Assembly: GCA_038087875.1 (NCBI GenBank) | Contig: CM075988.1 | Coordinates: 2,666,001 to 2,730,000, forward strand | Source of the DNA: Malacoraja senta | Lineage: Eukaryota | Length of the DNA: 64,000 bases | Direction: 5' to 3' | Part shown: positions 21,980-35,504 of the stretch, piece after piece | How positions within the stretch are numbered: the stretch's first letter is position 1 | Layout of the letters: the number at the start of each line of letters is the position of its first letter | Made by a program: the position numbers and the translations under genes | The notes under the pieces: generated by a model | Seen by the model: the letters and a program-made list of their open reading frames with translations, nothing else | The model's database searches: none | What the model was told of the DNA's origin: nothing

Positions 21980-22545
21980 ACTCTCACCAACTTCTACAGA
22001 TGAGCCATAGAAAGCATTTTTTGAGGATGCATCACAGCTTGGTTTGGGAACAGCTCCATCCAAGACCGCAAGAAATTGCAGCAAAGTGTGGATGCAGCCC
22101 AGACCTTCACACAAACCAACCTCCCTTCCATTGACTCCATCTACACCTCACGCTGCCGTGGCAAGGCCAGCAGCATAATCAAGGACAAGTCGCACCCTGG
22201 CCACTCCCTCTTCTACCCTCTTCCATCGAGCAAGAGGGACAGGAGTGTGAAAACGCACACATCCAGATTCAGGGACAGTTTCTTCCCAGCTGTTATCAGG
22301 CAACTGAACCATCCTACCACAACCAGAGAGCAGTGCTGAACTACTATCTACCTCTTTGGTGACCCTCGAACTATCCTTGATCAGACTTTACTGGCTTAAC
22401 CTTGCATAAACGTTATTCCCTTATCATGTATCTATACACTGTAAATGCCTCGATTGTAATCATATATTTCTTTCAGCTGACTGGATAGCACGCAATTAGA
22501 ACATTTCACTGTACCTCGGTACACGTGACAATAAACTGAACTGAT
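21980..22545 (+). mobile_element. Rex1/Babar LINE 3' end with stem-loop tail
   Basis: SIIKDKSHPGHSLFYPLPS..RDSFFPAVIRQLN; tail TTCACTGTACCTCGGTACACGTGACAATAAA(CTGAA)n. Confidence 0.85.
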
Positions 22546-23139
22546 GATTAGCTGAGTGACAGTCTCCCAGGAGAGCCACAGCTGCAATGAGCGAGCACTT
22601 CAACTTGCTGATGGCTGCGGTGGTCTGGGGCATTGAAGGTCCTGGTTCCAAGCCAAGGGATCAGCTTCTCTCGTTGGACCCATTGCTGGGGGTACAGCAG
22701 GAGCTTCCCACACCCCGTGTAATGGGAGGGGGGGGGGGGGGCGTGGTGGGATTCACCTTCATGGCTGGAGTCTGCTGGGCCTGGGCGAGGGAAGTAGTCC
22801 AGCCACAAACACAGGCTGGTAAAGCTGCCTGACGGAGTGGCCAGGGCATGGGTCCATGCAGGGTCCCCGCTGGGTCTTCACCTATTGTCTCCCAAGGGGT
22901 TTGAGATGGGACTTCCCTTCTCCCAGCCGAGCTGTCCGTACAAGGCTGAGAGGTGGGAGCTCCATCTGCCAGACCGCTGCCTTTGGTTAAAGATGGACCA
23001 CTCTCAGGCCTTCCAGTAACTCCTCAAGTGATGAGCCGCCTCTCTGGTACGCAGCAAAGGTCAGATTGCATTCCGTCACGGGTGGTAAGTGTTGAGTGGC
23101 ATTTACGTGGAACACACGTCCCGAAAGACCACTCACAAT

Positions 23140-24910
23140 CATAGAATCATACAGTCATAATGTCAGACCAGACCAGGCCCTTCAGCCTAACTCATCCATG
23201 CCGACCATCTGCACTAATCCCATTTGCCCACGTTTGGTCCATATCCCTCTCAACCTTTCCTATGTATGTACCTGTCCAAGTGTCTTTTAAATGTTGTTAT
23301 AGTACCTGCATCAACTACCTCCGCTGGCAGCTCATTCAATATACCCACCACAATCTGTTTGAAAAGGTTGCCCCTCAGATCTTGCTTCTCACCTTCTATG
23401 TAGAAACATAGAAACATTGGAAATATACGTGCAGTAGTAGGCCATTTAGCCCCTCGAGCCAGCACTACCATTCAATATGATCATGGCTGATCATCCAGAA
23501 TCAGTACCCCGTTCCTGCTTTCTCCCCATATCCCTTGATTCCATTAGTCCTGAGAGCTATATCTAACTCTCTCTTGAATACATGCAGTGAATTGACATCC
23601 ACTGCATTCCACAGATTCACAACCCTCTGGGTGAAAAGGTTTTTTCTCATCTCAGTCCTAAATGGCCTACCCCTTATTCTTAAACTGTGACCCCCTGGTT
23701 CTGGACTCCACCAACATCAGGAACATTTTTCCTGCATCTAGCCTGTCCAATCCCTTAATAATTTTACATGTTTCTATAAGATCCCCCTCATCCTTCTAAA
23801 TTTCAGTGAATACAAGCCCAGTCGACCCATTCTTTCATCATATGTCAGTCCCGCCATCCTGGGAATTAACTTGGTGAACCTACGCTGCACTCCCTCAATA
23901 GCAGGAATGTCCTTCCTCAAATTAGGAGACCAAAACGGCACACAATACTCCAGGTGCGGTCTCACCAGGGCCCTGTACAATTGCAGTAGGACCTCCTTGC
24001 TCCTATACTCAAAGGAAGAAGATTGGACTTTATTGCCTTCCATCACAGTGAGGAATGTGGGGAATCCGCTGTGGTGGATGTTTATGTTAACTTTTATGTA
24101 GTTGTGTGTCTTGTTGCTTATTTTTTAGTATGGCTGTATGGTAATTCTAATATCACTGTACCTTGGTACACGTGAAAATAAAAGACATTTGAAAGCTTTA
24201 AAATCCTCTTGTTATGAAGGCCAACATGCCATTACCTTTCTTCACTGCCTGCTGTACCTGCATGCTTACTTTCAGTGACTGACATACAAACACACCCAGG
24301 TCTCGTTGTACCTCCCCTTCACCTAATCTGACACCATTCAGATAATAATCTGCCTTCTTGTTCTTGCCACCAAAGTGGATAACCTCACATTTATCCACAT
24401 TATACTGCATCTGCCATGCATCTGCCCACTCACCCAACCTATCCAAATCACCCTGCAGCCTCATAGTATCCTCTTCGCAGCTCACACTACCACCGAGTTT
24501 TGTGTCATCCAAAACCTGGAGATGTTACATTTAATTCCTTCGTCTAAATAGTTAATATATATTGTAAATAACTGGGATCCCAGCACTGAGCCTTAAGGCA
24601 CCCCACTCGTCACTGCCAGCCATTCTGAAAAGGACCTGTTCATTTCTGCTCTTTGCTTCCACTACCCCGGATAAGAGACGCTACTCCCCTCATGGTCTTT
24701 TAAACATCTATAAGACCATTCTCATCCTCCTGCACTCCAAGGAATAAAACCCTAGCCTGCCCAACCTCTCCCTATAATTCAGGCCCTCGAGTCCTGGCAA
24801 CACCCTGGTAAATCTTCTCTGTTCTTTTTCGAGCTTAATGCCATCTTTCCTATTGCAGGGTGACCAAAACTGAACGTACCTCAAATGCGGCTTCACCACG
24901 TCTTGTACAA
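23140..24910 (-). mobile_element. Cluster of CR1 LINE 3' fragments
   Basis: DDTKLGG..LQGDLDRL..DKCEVIHFG and LVRPHLEYC motifs; at least three pieces; one is split by the 24012-24195 insertion. Confidence 0.88.
24012..24195 (+). mobile_element. Short 3' fragment of the hairpin-core/Rex-tail element, inserted in CR1
   Basis: CCTTCCATCACAGTGAGG..GCTGTGGTGGATG plus TCACTGTACCTTGGTACACGTGA tail; CR1 continues on both sides. Confidence 0.75.
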
Positions 24911-25489
24911 TAATTAAGAGAGTCTCCCCTCAGCCCCTCTGATCTGCATTACCATTGCATAATCCTTCAGTATCAACGATCTGGAGCAACTAGCTGGAAG
25001 CTGCAGCAGCAAGAGTGGGGCCAGGGAGGGGGAATCTGCAGTGGAAGACCATGCTTCTCACTCCACATGCATTCCACCATTTGCAAAGGGAGAGGCAAGA
25101 GTGTGGTAACACCCATGTCACTATGCTGCTGCTGCTGCTGCAAGGCCACACTGATCATCACATGTTGTGATTTCTCCTCCAAGTCAAGTCCAGTCGAGTT
25201 TATACCACTGGGCGGGCCGCTGCAGCAGAAGCCGAGGCTGGAGCTTCGTGGGTCGGAGCCCGCGGCCGACAGAGTCGATGGCCCCTGGGTCGGTGTCACA
25301 GAGGCGTCCGGAGAGGACCCAGCGGTGATCGTGGGGAGGTCGGTGCGGCGGTCGATGATGGCGCCGACTGACGGACGAGGACGGACACGTGGGAGTGAGG
25401 ACGCTGCTGCCGGGGGAAAGAGCGAAGGAGGACCCAGCGGGGGGATTTTCTGTAACTTTGTAAGCGCTCTTTATGTGGTGACTAGCTAA

Positions 25490-27092
25490 GAATAGTAAGA
25501 TTAAACAAGAACTTACCAGTTTGAAGTTTGATCTTTATTTTATGAGGAGTTACGATGAGCGATTACGTGAAGAACCCCATCAGTCGGCATGCGCGTCAAT
25601 CTTCAAAGCAGCGGTGTGAAATCACAGATAAAACGTAACTGAAGTAACATAGTAAGACTATAAAACAGACCTTCCAGTTGACCTTTATAATATTGAGGGC
25701 CGGGAGCGGTGGGCATGTAATCGCTCATCGTAACTCCTCATAAAATAAAGATCAAACTTCAAACTGGTAAGTTCTATTTTAATCTTACTATTTTACTTCG
25801 GAGTCACGTGAGTGATTCCGTGAAGAATTCAAAGCTCTGAGATTTCATGCCGTAGATACGAATCACACTGCATCAGTTGACTCAGGAGGAGTGAATAATG
25901 AGCAATACAATGAAACATGGTACAGATTAACATGTTGCTTTAATTCACAAACTAATAAAGAAAAATACAATAGCGACCCCTCTGTCCCAGGGGAAGCTAG
26001 GAAACATAACTTAAAATAGAATGGGCGAACACCCCGGTTTTGATAAGTGGTTTATTATAATACCGGTGAAAAGTCAGTTCATTTGACCATCCTGTGGCTG
26101 CGAGGATATGGTCTAGAGGGACGTCCATTGCCCTTGCTGCTGACGTTGATGCCGCCCTGGTGGAGTGAGATTTAAAATTGTCAGTATTAACTCCTGCAAA
26201 ACCAAATACTTGTTTCAGCCATCTTGAGATGGTCTGGACGGACACTTTCCCATGTGGCATTTTGTGGCTAACAAACAATTGTACTTCCGATCCTCTGAGG
26301 TGCTTGGCGACCTCAATATAAGACCGCAAGTGTGCCACCACACACAGTCGTAAATCTGTGGGATATGGTGACAGTAGAAGCTTGACTCCTGACACCCCTG
26401 GTCTGCTCTGTTTTATGAGATCATATATGTAGAACAGAACGTCATTCCCAGACGACACCATCCTGTCCAGTCGCAACTTCTGCAGAGTCTGAACCCTTTG
26501 CGCTGACACCAGCGCCATGAGCATGACCAACTTCAAGGTAATCTTTACCAAAGACAAGGAATTGGCTGGACCCCACTGACGAAGCAGCGTGAGTACCACA
26601 CTCACATCCTAGATTTCTGTATATCTAGGCCTGGGGGGATTGGAATTAAAAACACCCTTCATAAATCGAGATATTAACGGAAGAGATCCTACAGACTGTA
26701 GTTCTGACCCCAAACATAAATACGACGACAGAGCACTCCTGGCAGTTTTGATGGCACTATAACTTAAACCCTCATCAAAATACAATTTGGAGAGAAACTG
26801 TGACACATCTGGGATGGAAGCTGTGTGGTAAGTAATGTTCCCTTTTAAGCAAAACGCCTCCCACTTCCTGACATGAGAGAGGTACTGCTTTTTTGTACTA
26901 TCCCTCCAGGATGATGTGATGATATCCACGGTGCCATTGGATAATCCCAGACCCAGGTATGGCCTCCTTAAACCCTGCAAATTAACAAATTAATACGATC
27001 ATACAACGTGTGTTGATCTCCAGTCACAGGGTTTACCAATAGGTTATGACATTTTGGAACCACCATAATTGGCTGAGTTATAATGTCCGAAA
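25490..27092 (-). mobile_element. DIRS1-like retrotransposon, 3' part (end of pol, tyrosine recombinase, ICR, right ITR)
   Basis: YR frame; about 80-bp inverted repeat between 25490-25568 and 25716-25792; the ICR continues into a sequence matching the left end at 1518-1554. Confidence 0.92.
25997..26980 (-). pseudogene. Tyrosine recombinase with a single in-frame stop (TAG at 26609-26611)
   Basis: PRYTEI*DVSVVL; SAQR, SHSTR, TGWS and FHRYY catalytic R-H-R-W-Y motifs are present. Confidence 0.9.
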
Positions 27093-28082
27093 TGACCATA
27101 TAACCATTTAACCATATAACCGTTACAGCACGGAAACAGGCCATCTCGGCCCTTCAAGTCCGTGCCGAACATTTTTTTTATTTTTTATTTTTTTATTTTT
27201 TTAAATAAATACTTCCCCCTAGTCCCATCTACCTGCACTCAGACCATAACCCTCCATTCCTTTCCCGTCCATATACCCATCCAATCTATTTTTAAAGGAT
27301 AAAATCGAACCAGCCTCCACCACTTGCACTGGAAGCTCATTCCACACAGCTACCACTCTCTGAGTAAAGAAGTTCCCCCTAATGTTACCCCTAAACTTCT
27401 CAAGTCATGTCCCCTTGTTTGAATCTTCCCTACTCTCAATGGAAAAAGCTTATCCACGTCTACTCTGTCTAACCCACTCATAATTTTAAAGACCTCTATC
27501 AAGTCCCCTCTTAACCTTCTGCGCTCCAAAGAATAAAGACCTAACTTGTTCAACCTTTCTCTGTAACTTAGTTGCTGAAACCCAGGCAACATTCTAGTAA
27601 ATCTCCTCTGTAATCTCTCTATTTTGTTGACATCCTTCCTATAATTAGGCGACCAAAATTGTACTCCAGAATTGGCCTCACCAATGTCTTGTACAATTTT
27701 AACATTACATCCCAACTTCTATATTCAATGCTCTGATTTATAAAGGCCAGCACACCAAAAGCTTTCTTTACTACCCTATCTACATGAGATTCCACCTTCA
27801 GGGAACTATGCACAGTTATTCCTAGATCCCTCTGTTCAACTGCATTCCTCAATTCTCTACCATTTACCATGTACGTCCTATTTTGATTTGTCCTGCCGAG
27901 ATATAGTACCTCACATTTATCAGCATTAAACTCCATCTGCCATCTTTCAGCCCACTCTTCCAAATGGCCTAAATCTCCCTGTAGACTTTGAAAATCTACT
28001 TCATTATCCACCACACCACCTATCTTAGTATTATCTGCATACTTACTAATCCAATTTTCCACACCATCATCCAGATCATTGG
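27093..28082 (-). mobile_element. CR1 LINE 3' portion with RT (YADN) and (TTATATGG)n tail
   Basis: ISKYADNTKIGG..FNADKCEVL..LVRPILEY..RRRLRGDLIEVFKI. Confidence 0.92.
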
Positions 28083-28356
28083 GCTTGAAGTAGAAGGTTT
28101 CAGTCCATCAGCAGGTGGGGCCTGGCAGCATTAGTGCAGCCTGCATGCTGCAGGACAGAGCGGGGGTCTGGGGCCGAGGCAGCTGCCGAGAGAGTCATCT
28201 CGAGGGCAGAGCCTACTGGAGCTGCTTCACATCCATCTACCTGTCCAGGTGCAGCCACCTGCGACAACACTGGGGGGCAGTGGTGAGCATGAATCCCTGT
28301 AATGGGACAGACCCGCCTACACACTGAGGACACATCTTGCGTGGCATGAAATTAAG

Positions 28357-29470
28357 TGATAGGAGCAGGAATAGGCCATTCTGCACCTCAAGTCTACACC
28401 GCCATTCAATCGTGACTGATCTATCTCTCCCTCCTAACCCCATTTTCTCCCCATAATCTCTGACACCCGCACTAATGAATGAATGAATTAATAAGTTTAT
28501 AGACCAAGTATGTACACATACATGACATTTGCCTTGGAAGTAACATCACGACAAACAATATACAATTAAGAATACAACATAAAACATTAAAGCATTAAGA
28601 ATAAAACATTATAGTTTAAACATGTGAATGAAATGAAATACCAGAGCAAAAGGAGGCTACAGACTTTTGGTTATTGAGTAGAGCTACGACTCGTGGAAGA
28701 AGATGGCTTCTGAATAGCCTCTCCACCTCCTCAATTTCTATTGTTCGTGATGGAGATGTGGCCAGACTGATGTTGGGCAGCAAGGAAGGTGTGGGTAGTG
28801 GACGAGGGCTCAGACTTTGCAGACTGAAGTCAAGCTGTAAGTGGGTGTTAAGTGATGATTGGAGAGGGCTGGGTGGAGAAGGGTCCCGTCTTTGCAGACT
28901 GGAGTCAAGCTGTGAGTAGGTGTGAAGTGGTGATTGGGGAGGGCGGGGGGGGGGGGGATGGAGGGGAGGAGAGGGTACCAGGGTTTCTGTTCATCGAACC
29001 TGCAGTAGAACTCGTTCAGTTCATTGGTCAGCTGACAATTGTCCAAGGAGTGGGGGGGGGGGGGGTTCCCTCTTGTAGCTGGTGATTTCTTACAAGAGTC
29101 ATTAGCTGAGAACTAGCTCCTCAACTTCTCAGAGTACCTTTCAAGCATAAATGTGAGATAATCAAGAATCTATCTATCTCCGCCTTAAAAATATCCATTG
29201 GCCTCCACAGTCTTCTGTGGCAAAGAATTCCACAGATTCACCACCCACTCTAAAGAAATTCCCCCTCATCACCTTCCTAAATGAACGTCCTTTAATTCTG
29301 AGGCTACGACCTCCAGTCCTAGACTCTCCCACTAGTGGAAACATCCTCTCCACATCCACTCTATCAAAGCCTTTCACTATTTGGTAAGTTTCAATGATGT
29401 GTCCCCTCATCCTTTTAAACTCCAGCGAGTACAGGCCCAGTGCTGTCAAAAGCTCATCATATGTTAACCC
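28357..29470 (-). mobile_element. CR1 3' end (28357-28475 and 29160-29470) split by a Rex1/Babar-derived piece (about 28476-29150)
   Basis: CR1 tail and LGLYSLEFKRMRG; the internal piece encodes QLTNELNEFYCRF. Confidence 0.65.
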
Positions 29471-30029
29471 AATTCTCCTACAACTCCTCCATTACCATCC
29501 CCCAAATCCTCAATCCCCTGGCCACCCATTTCCTCCTCCTGACCTGGATCAGTTTTTTCTTCTCCCCCATCCCCACCCAGGCTGGAATCCCCAGTCCCTG
29601 AGCCTCCAGCTGCTCACTAACCATTCTCCCCCTTCCAGCTCCACCTGCACAAGGTGTCTGTCCCAGCTCACGCCGAGCCCACTATCACCAGCTGACAGGG
29701 TTCCTGCCCACCCTGTGCTAACTTGCCCGGGACTACTATCAGCCCCAGGACTACCAGCCCTTCCCCATCATTCAAACCTTGGGCTCCAGAGATATGGTCC
29801 AAAGATATGAATGCCAAAGAAAGAGGGACACAGCCAGGTAGATGGTCGGAGATTTTCCCCTTCTAGATAATGGAGGGCAGTGATTGAGAGCGGATCTGAT
29901 GAGGAATTTTCTCACCCGGTGTGTTTGGAATCCAGAACGTGTTTAGTTAAGTTTAGTTTAGAGATAGTTTAGAGATACAGCGTGGAAATCGAACCCCATA
30001 CACTAACACTATCCTATCGCAATATGGGC

Positions 30030-31750
30030 TGAAAAGATGAAGTACGAAGGGAAGCTGGCCAGGAATATAAAGAAGGACAGTAAAAGCTTCTTTAGATATG
30101 CTAAGGGAATAAGAGTAGCAAAGTCAAATGTGGGTCCCTTGAAGGCAGACACGGGTGAAATTATTATGGGGAACAAGGAAATGGCAGAAGAGTTGAACAG
30201 GTACTTCGGATCTGTCTTCACTAAGGAAGACACAAACAAACTCCCAGAAGTACTGGAGGACAGAGGATCTAAGGGGGTCGAGGAACTGAAAGAAATTTTC
30301 ATTTGGTGAGAAATAGTATTGGGTAGGTTGATAAATCCCCAGGGCCTGGTGGACTGCATCCCAGGGTCCCCAGGGAGGTGGCTCTAGAAATAGTGGACGC
30401 ATTGGTGATCATTTTCCAATGTTCAATAGATTCAGGATCAGTTCTTGTGGATTGGAGAATAGCTAATGTTATCCCACTTTTCAAGAAAGGAGACGAGAGA
30501 GAAAACAGGGAATTACAGACCAGTTAGCCTGAATTCGGTGGTGGGAAAGATGCTGGAGTCAATTATTAAAGAGGTAATAATGGGGCATTTGGATAGCAGT
30601 AAAAGGATTAGTCCAAGTCAGCATGGATTTATGAAAGGAAAATCATGCTTGACTAATCTTCTGGAATTTTTTGAGGATGTGACAAGTAAAATGGATGAAG
30701 GGGAGCCAGTGGATGTAGTGAATCTAGACTTTCAGAAAGCCTTTGATAAGGTCCCGCACGGGAGACTGGTGACTAAAATTAGAGCACATGGTATTGGGGG
30801 TAGGGTGTTGACGTGGATAGAAAATTGGTTGGCAGACAGGAAGCAAAGAGTAGGAGTGAACGGGTCCTTTTCAGAATGGCAGGCAGTGGCGAGTGGAGTG
30901 CCGCAAGGCTGGATGTTGGGGCCGCAACTGTTTACCATATATATTAATGATTTGGAAGAGGGAATTAGGAGCAACACTAGTAAGCTTGCGGATGACACAA
31001 AGCTGGCTGGCAGTGTGAACTGTGAAGAGGATGTTAGGAGGTTGCAGGGTGACCTGGACAGGTTGAGTGAATGGGCAGTTGCGTGGCAGATGCAGTATAA
31101 TATAGATAAATGTGAGGTTATCCACTTTGGTAGCAAAAACAAGGGGGCAGATTATTATCTCAATGGGGTTAGGTTAGGTAAGGGGGAGGTACAGCGAGCC
31201 CTGGGTGACCTTGTTGGCATGCAGGTACAGCAGGCAGAGAAGAAAGCTAATGGAATGTTGGCCTTCATAACAAGAGGATTTCTGTATAGGAGTAGAGAAG
31301 TTCTTCTGCAGTTGTATAGGGTTCTGGTGAGACCACATCTGGAATATTGCGTACTGTTTTGGTCTCCTAATTTGAGGAAGGACATCCATGTGATTGAGGC
31401 ATTGCAGCGTAGGTTCACGAGATTGATCCCTGGGATGGCGGGACTGTCATATGAGGAAAGATTGAAAAGACTAGGCTTGTATTCACTGGAGTTTAGAAGG
31501 ATGAGGGGGGGTCGTAGAGACACATATAAAATTATAAAAGGACTGGACAAGCTAGATGCAGGAAAAATCACTGGATGGATTTAAGGGAGAGTTAGAGCTC
31601 TAGGGGCCAGTGGAATCAAGGGATATGGGGAGAAGGCAGGCACGTGTTATTGATTGGGGACGATCAGCCATGATCGCAATGAATGGCAGTTCTGGCTCGA
31701 AGGGCCGAATGGCCTCCTCCGGCACCTATTTTCTATGTTTCTATGTTTCC
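30030..31750 (+). mobile_element. CR1 LINE, 5'-truncated, RT domain largely open (30466-31584)
   Basis: NYRPVSL, QHGFMKGKSCLTNL, DFQKAFDKVPH, GVPQG, LADDTK; (TTTCTATG)n tail. Confidence 0.95.
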
Positions 31751-31756
31751 TACAGA

Positions 31757-31956
31757 CATTGGGAACAATTTACAATTTTACGGAAGCCAATTAGCCTGCA
31801 AACCTGCACTTCTTTGGAGTGTGGGAGGAAATCGGAGACACCTGGAGAAAACCCTCGTGCTCACGGGGAGAACATACAAGCAGCACCCATAGTCAGGATT
31901 GAACCAGCGCCTCTGGCGCTGTAAGGCAGCAACTCTACCGCTGCGCCACTGTGCCG
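31757..31956 (-). mobile_element. V-SINE (HE1-like)
   Basis: A box TGGCGCAGCGG, V-type core. Confidence 0.8.
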
Positions 31957-33194
31957 CCTCTGCATGTTGTCTGAGAGGAAGGTAGATGTAGACTGCAACA
32001 TCATTTGAGAAACATCTGATCACCAAGGCATGGAAAGTCACAGACCGAGCACTGGTAAATGTGATTAATGCAGATGGACGGCATGGATGTGCAGGGCTGA
32101 ATGGCCTGTTTCCTAGCTCTCTGACTTTCCGAGGTTGTGGGGCTGGTGGGAAGTGTGTAATGTGGGTGTGTAAGGAGCTCTGTAGCTCAGCATTTCATGA
32201 GGTGTAATCAGTGCGTGCTGTGGTGCTATAAACAGACGCCATATCATGTGTACAATAGCTATGTACAAAATGGGCAAGTGTGAAATGGGCAGGTAGTGCA
32301 AGGGTGAGTTTACATGAGGTGGGGCAGGTAGTAATGATGGAAGGGTTCCTTCGCTCCATAGATGCTGCCTCACCCGCTGAGTTTCTCCAGCATTTTTGTC
32401 TACCAGGTGTTTATTGATGTGAAGATGGGATGTGTGAGCTGGGGCATGTAAACTGCAGGAGCAGATCTGTAAGCATTATAGTGTACAACAGCGTAGAGTC
32501 AAACCGGCCGGTACAGTGAGCGGAGTTTAATGGATGCGTGTGACAGACTGAACATGAAACGGACAATTCACCTGCACATGAGATTTATCCCCACCTGGGT
32601 TAGTTTCTTTCCTTCTCTCCCAGTCACTGCCTGAACTAACAAGCCCTCTCATCTCCACAGTCAGTCTCTACAGTAACATTCCCTCTCATCTCCACAGATT
32701 TACTCCTATGGTTGAAGCAGCCAGGTTGGGAATTATTTCCCTGAAAGTTGCCTCTTCGGTATTTTGAGGCTGAAAGCTGACTGACTGTCCTGTCATCGCC
32801 CTGGGTCTGTTCACACCTTCAACTCTGATCCTATCCCCCCCCCCCAATGTTTAAGGATCTGCCACAGGTCCGGGGAGGACCAAACCATGGTCAGCTCATC
32901 TGTAGGCTGGGCTCTGTTGAACTGCCCTGACCATTCCCCCTCTCTCTCCATCCGTCCCCTACCACCAGCCGTCCTGAATCGCTATCTACTTCACTGGAGA
33001 CCCTCGGACTATCTTTGATTGGACTTTACTGGTTCTAAACGTTATTCACGTTCTTCCCTTTATCATGTATCCATACACTGTTGATGACTCGATTGTAATC
33101 ATGTATTGTCTTTCTGTTGACTGGTTAGCATGCAACAAAAGCTTTTCACCTCGGTTCACGTGACAATAAACTAAATTAAACCCTAGTCGGCCTT

Positions 33195-33482
33195 CTAGTT
33201 TCACTGTTTGTATCCACTCGTTATCGCCTCCTCCACAGCCAACAATGGACCATTGTGGGCTCCACCATTCCTTGATCATCGTTGCTGGCTTTGATTTGTT
33301 CTTTTTACATTCATTTGTTCTTGTACCTTTTCATTCATTTGTTCTTTGTACCTTTTCATACCTCCAGTTTCCCCTTCCCCTGACTCCCAGTCTGAAGAAG
33401 GGAGTCGACCCAAGACGTCGCCAATTCCTTTTCACAAGAGATGCTGCCTGACCCGCTGAGTTACTCCAGCACTTTTTGTCTA
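33195..33482 (+). mobile_element. Penelope-tail-derived element with degenerate hammerhead
   Basis: CTGAAGAAGGGAGTCGACCC..GATGCTGCCTGACCCGCTGAGTTACTCCAGCA. Confidence 0.7.
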
Positions 33483-34860
33483 ACTTCCACTTCCAGTATG
33501 TTGGGTGGATGAAGTTACCTCTGGTGGTGGTATTTCATCCCATCTTCACATAGATGGTGGTTCTGGCCGGGGCACTGATCTCGGAAAGCATGTCCAGCGC
33601 TCGTGGTGCCCTATATAACCCCACGTAGACATATTGGAGTCTTGACTGAGTCAAGACACTGGGACACATCTGTATTTATGATTCACCTTCTCGTGTTTCC
33701 TGGAAACATCCCAAAGCACCTCCCACATACAGATTACAGTGCAGTGTCTGATCAAAGGCTATCTGCGGAGGAAGCTGTGAAATCAGAGAACGAGTTGGAG
33801 TTTCAAGTGGAGAACTTGAAAAGCCTTTCACAAAAGAGTGGTGTATAGGAAGGAACTGCAGATACTGGTTTAAACCGACGATAGACACAAAATGCTGGAA
33901 TATCTCAGCGGGACAGGCAGCACCCCTGGATAGAAGGAATGGGTGAGGTATCCACTGTGAATGGCTCGATTCTAATGCATCGTCTTTCCGTTGGCTGGTT
34001 TGCACGCAACAAAAGCTTTTCACTGCACCTTGGTACACATGACAATAGTGACAATACTCTGGCTATCTCGCTTCCTGCAAACTGTGCTAACTGGAGGCTG
34101 TTCACAGAGTCGGGGTCAATGGTCATACTGTCCCAGTAACAATCCCTCTCACCTCCACAGTCAGTGTTGAGAGTAACAATCTCTCTCACCTCCAATGGTG
34201 GTAAGGAGATGTTGAGGAAAAGGATGAGACTGAGACATCAGCAGCCTGAAGCATTGGCTGTTTTCCTCCTCACAAGCGCGTAACATTGCAAGCGATTGCT
34301 GCAAATCTTATTTCTGATTTCGGGCAATTGCAGTGTTTCTGTCTCAGAGAAAATAAATCTGGAAAGAACACTGTCCATTTCTACCAGCTGGTGTCATCTG
34401 AGGCAACAAAGTAGGACAGACGTGGTTACAATGCTGGGTACCTAGCAGGTAACCTGGAAAACATGCCCAAAGAACTGCAGAAGCTGGTTAATACATGAAA
34501 GGACACAAAGTGCTGGAGTAACTCAGAGGGTCAGACAGCATCTCTGGTTAACGTGGATAGGTGATGTTTTGGGTCGAGAGCCTTCTTACCAAGGAGATGC
34601 AAAGTGATGAATATTTTCAACATAGTCTTTGACTTACACTTTAGGAATAAGTGTTCTTTATTGGCTCGAGTCTGCACAAGGCTTCAAACACCAGAAATGC
34701 TTTGGAAGCTTGAAGAATTTTCATAAATGCATTTCTTTCTGAGAATGCATTTGACATCAGGGGATGTTGGGCAGGGCAGGGCTGGAGGAACAGCATCTTC
34801 AGAACATTGAATAGCTAAAGGAGCTACATGGCCAGAAGTCCCACACTGCTGATGGACTCT

Positions 34861-35270
34861 GCACCTGTCCATCTGTCTGATCTGGAAGTCCCTGGATGGA
34901 GTCAAAGGAGGAGGTATAGGGACATGTGTTAAATCTCCTGAGGTTGCAGGGGAAAGTAGCTGGGGAGGGGGTGGTTTGGGTGGGAAAGGACGAGTTAACC
35001 AGGGAGTTGTGGGGAGAGTGGTCTCTGTGGAATGCTTAGGGGAAGGGAAGATGTGCATCTATATCCCCCCACCCTCTGGCTTTACATTTCACTCTTTCTC
35101 CTTTTCTGAAATCCTTTTGTCCCTTTGTTCTGCCCCCCACCTCTTTTCCAGCATCCCCCCCCCTACAACAATCAGTGTGAAGAAGGGTTCTGACCTGAAA
35201 CATCGCCTGTCTATTCCTTGCACAGATGCTGCCTGACCCGCTGAGTTACTATAGAACTTTGTGTTTTGCT
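34861..35270. mobile_element. Decayed Penelope fragment: minus-strand EN-linker piece joined to a plus-strand tail
   Basis: 34890-35055 resembles 18780-18950; tail GTGAAGAAGGG..GATGCTGCCTGACCCGCTGAGTTAC is in the opposite orientation. Confidence 0.65.
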
Positions 35271-35504
35271 CTTTATTTCTGTGTTTTTCCTGTTTCCTCC
35301 CAGGAATCGATCAAATTCCCTTTAAATATCCCTGACAGACTACATCTCCCACTGGGATCATCACAGTTCCCGAGCACAATGACAACAAAGCCCATTAAAA
35401 TGTCTTTCCTCACACTGCTTGTACCTTTTGCCCATCACTTTGAATTCATTGACCTGTCCATCTCTTCCTGTTCTCTGTGATTTAAAGTTAATTCACAGTT
35501 TAAT

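Noticed and set aside
25997..26980. Phage integrase or bacterial contamination
   Set aside because: Flanked by DIRS ITR/ICR structure and embedded among vertebrate retroposons
1..27092. The two DIRS parts as ends of one giant element
   Set aside because: Both are on the minus strand, so the 5' part at 1-1554 reads out of the window, away from the 3' part; they must be separate copies
30466..31584. Active CR1
   Set aside because: 5'-truncated with no endonuclease, upstream frameshifts, altered motifs (LADD, PQGWML) and a 3' deletion
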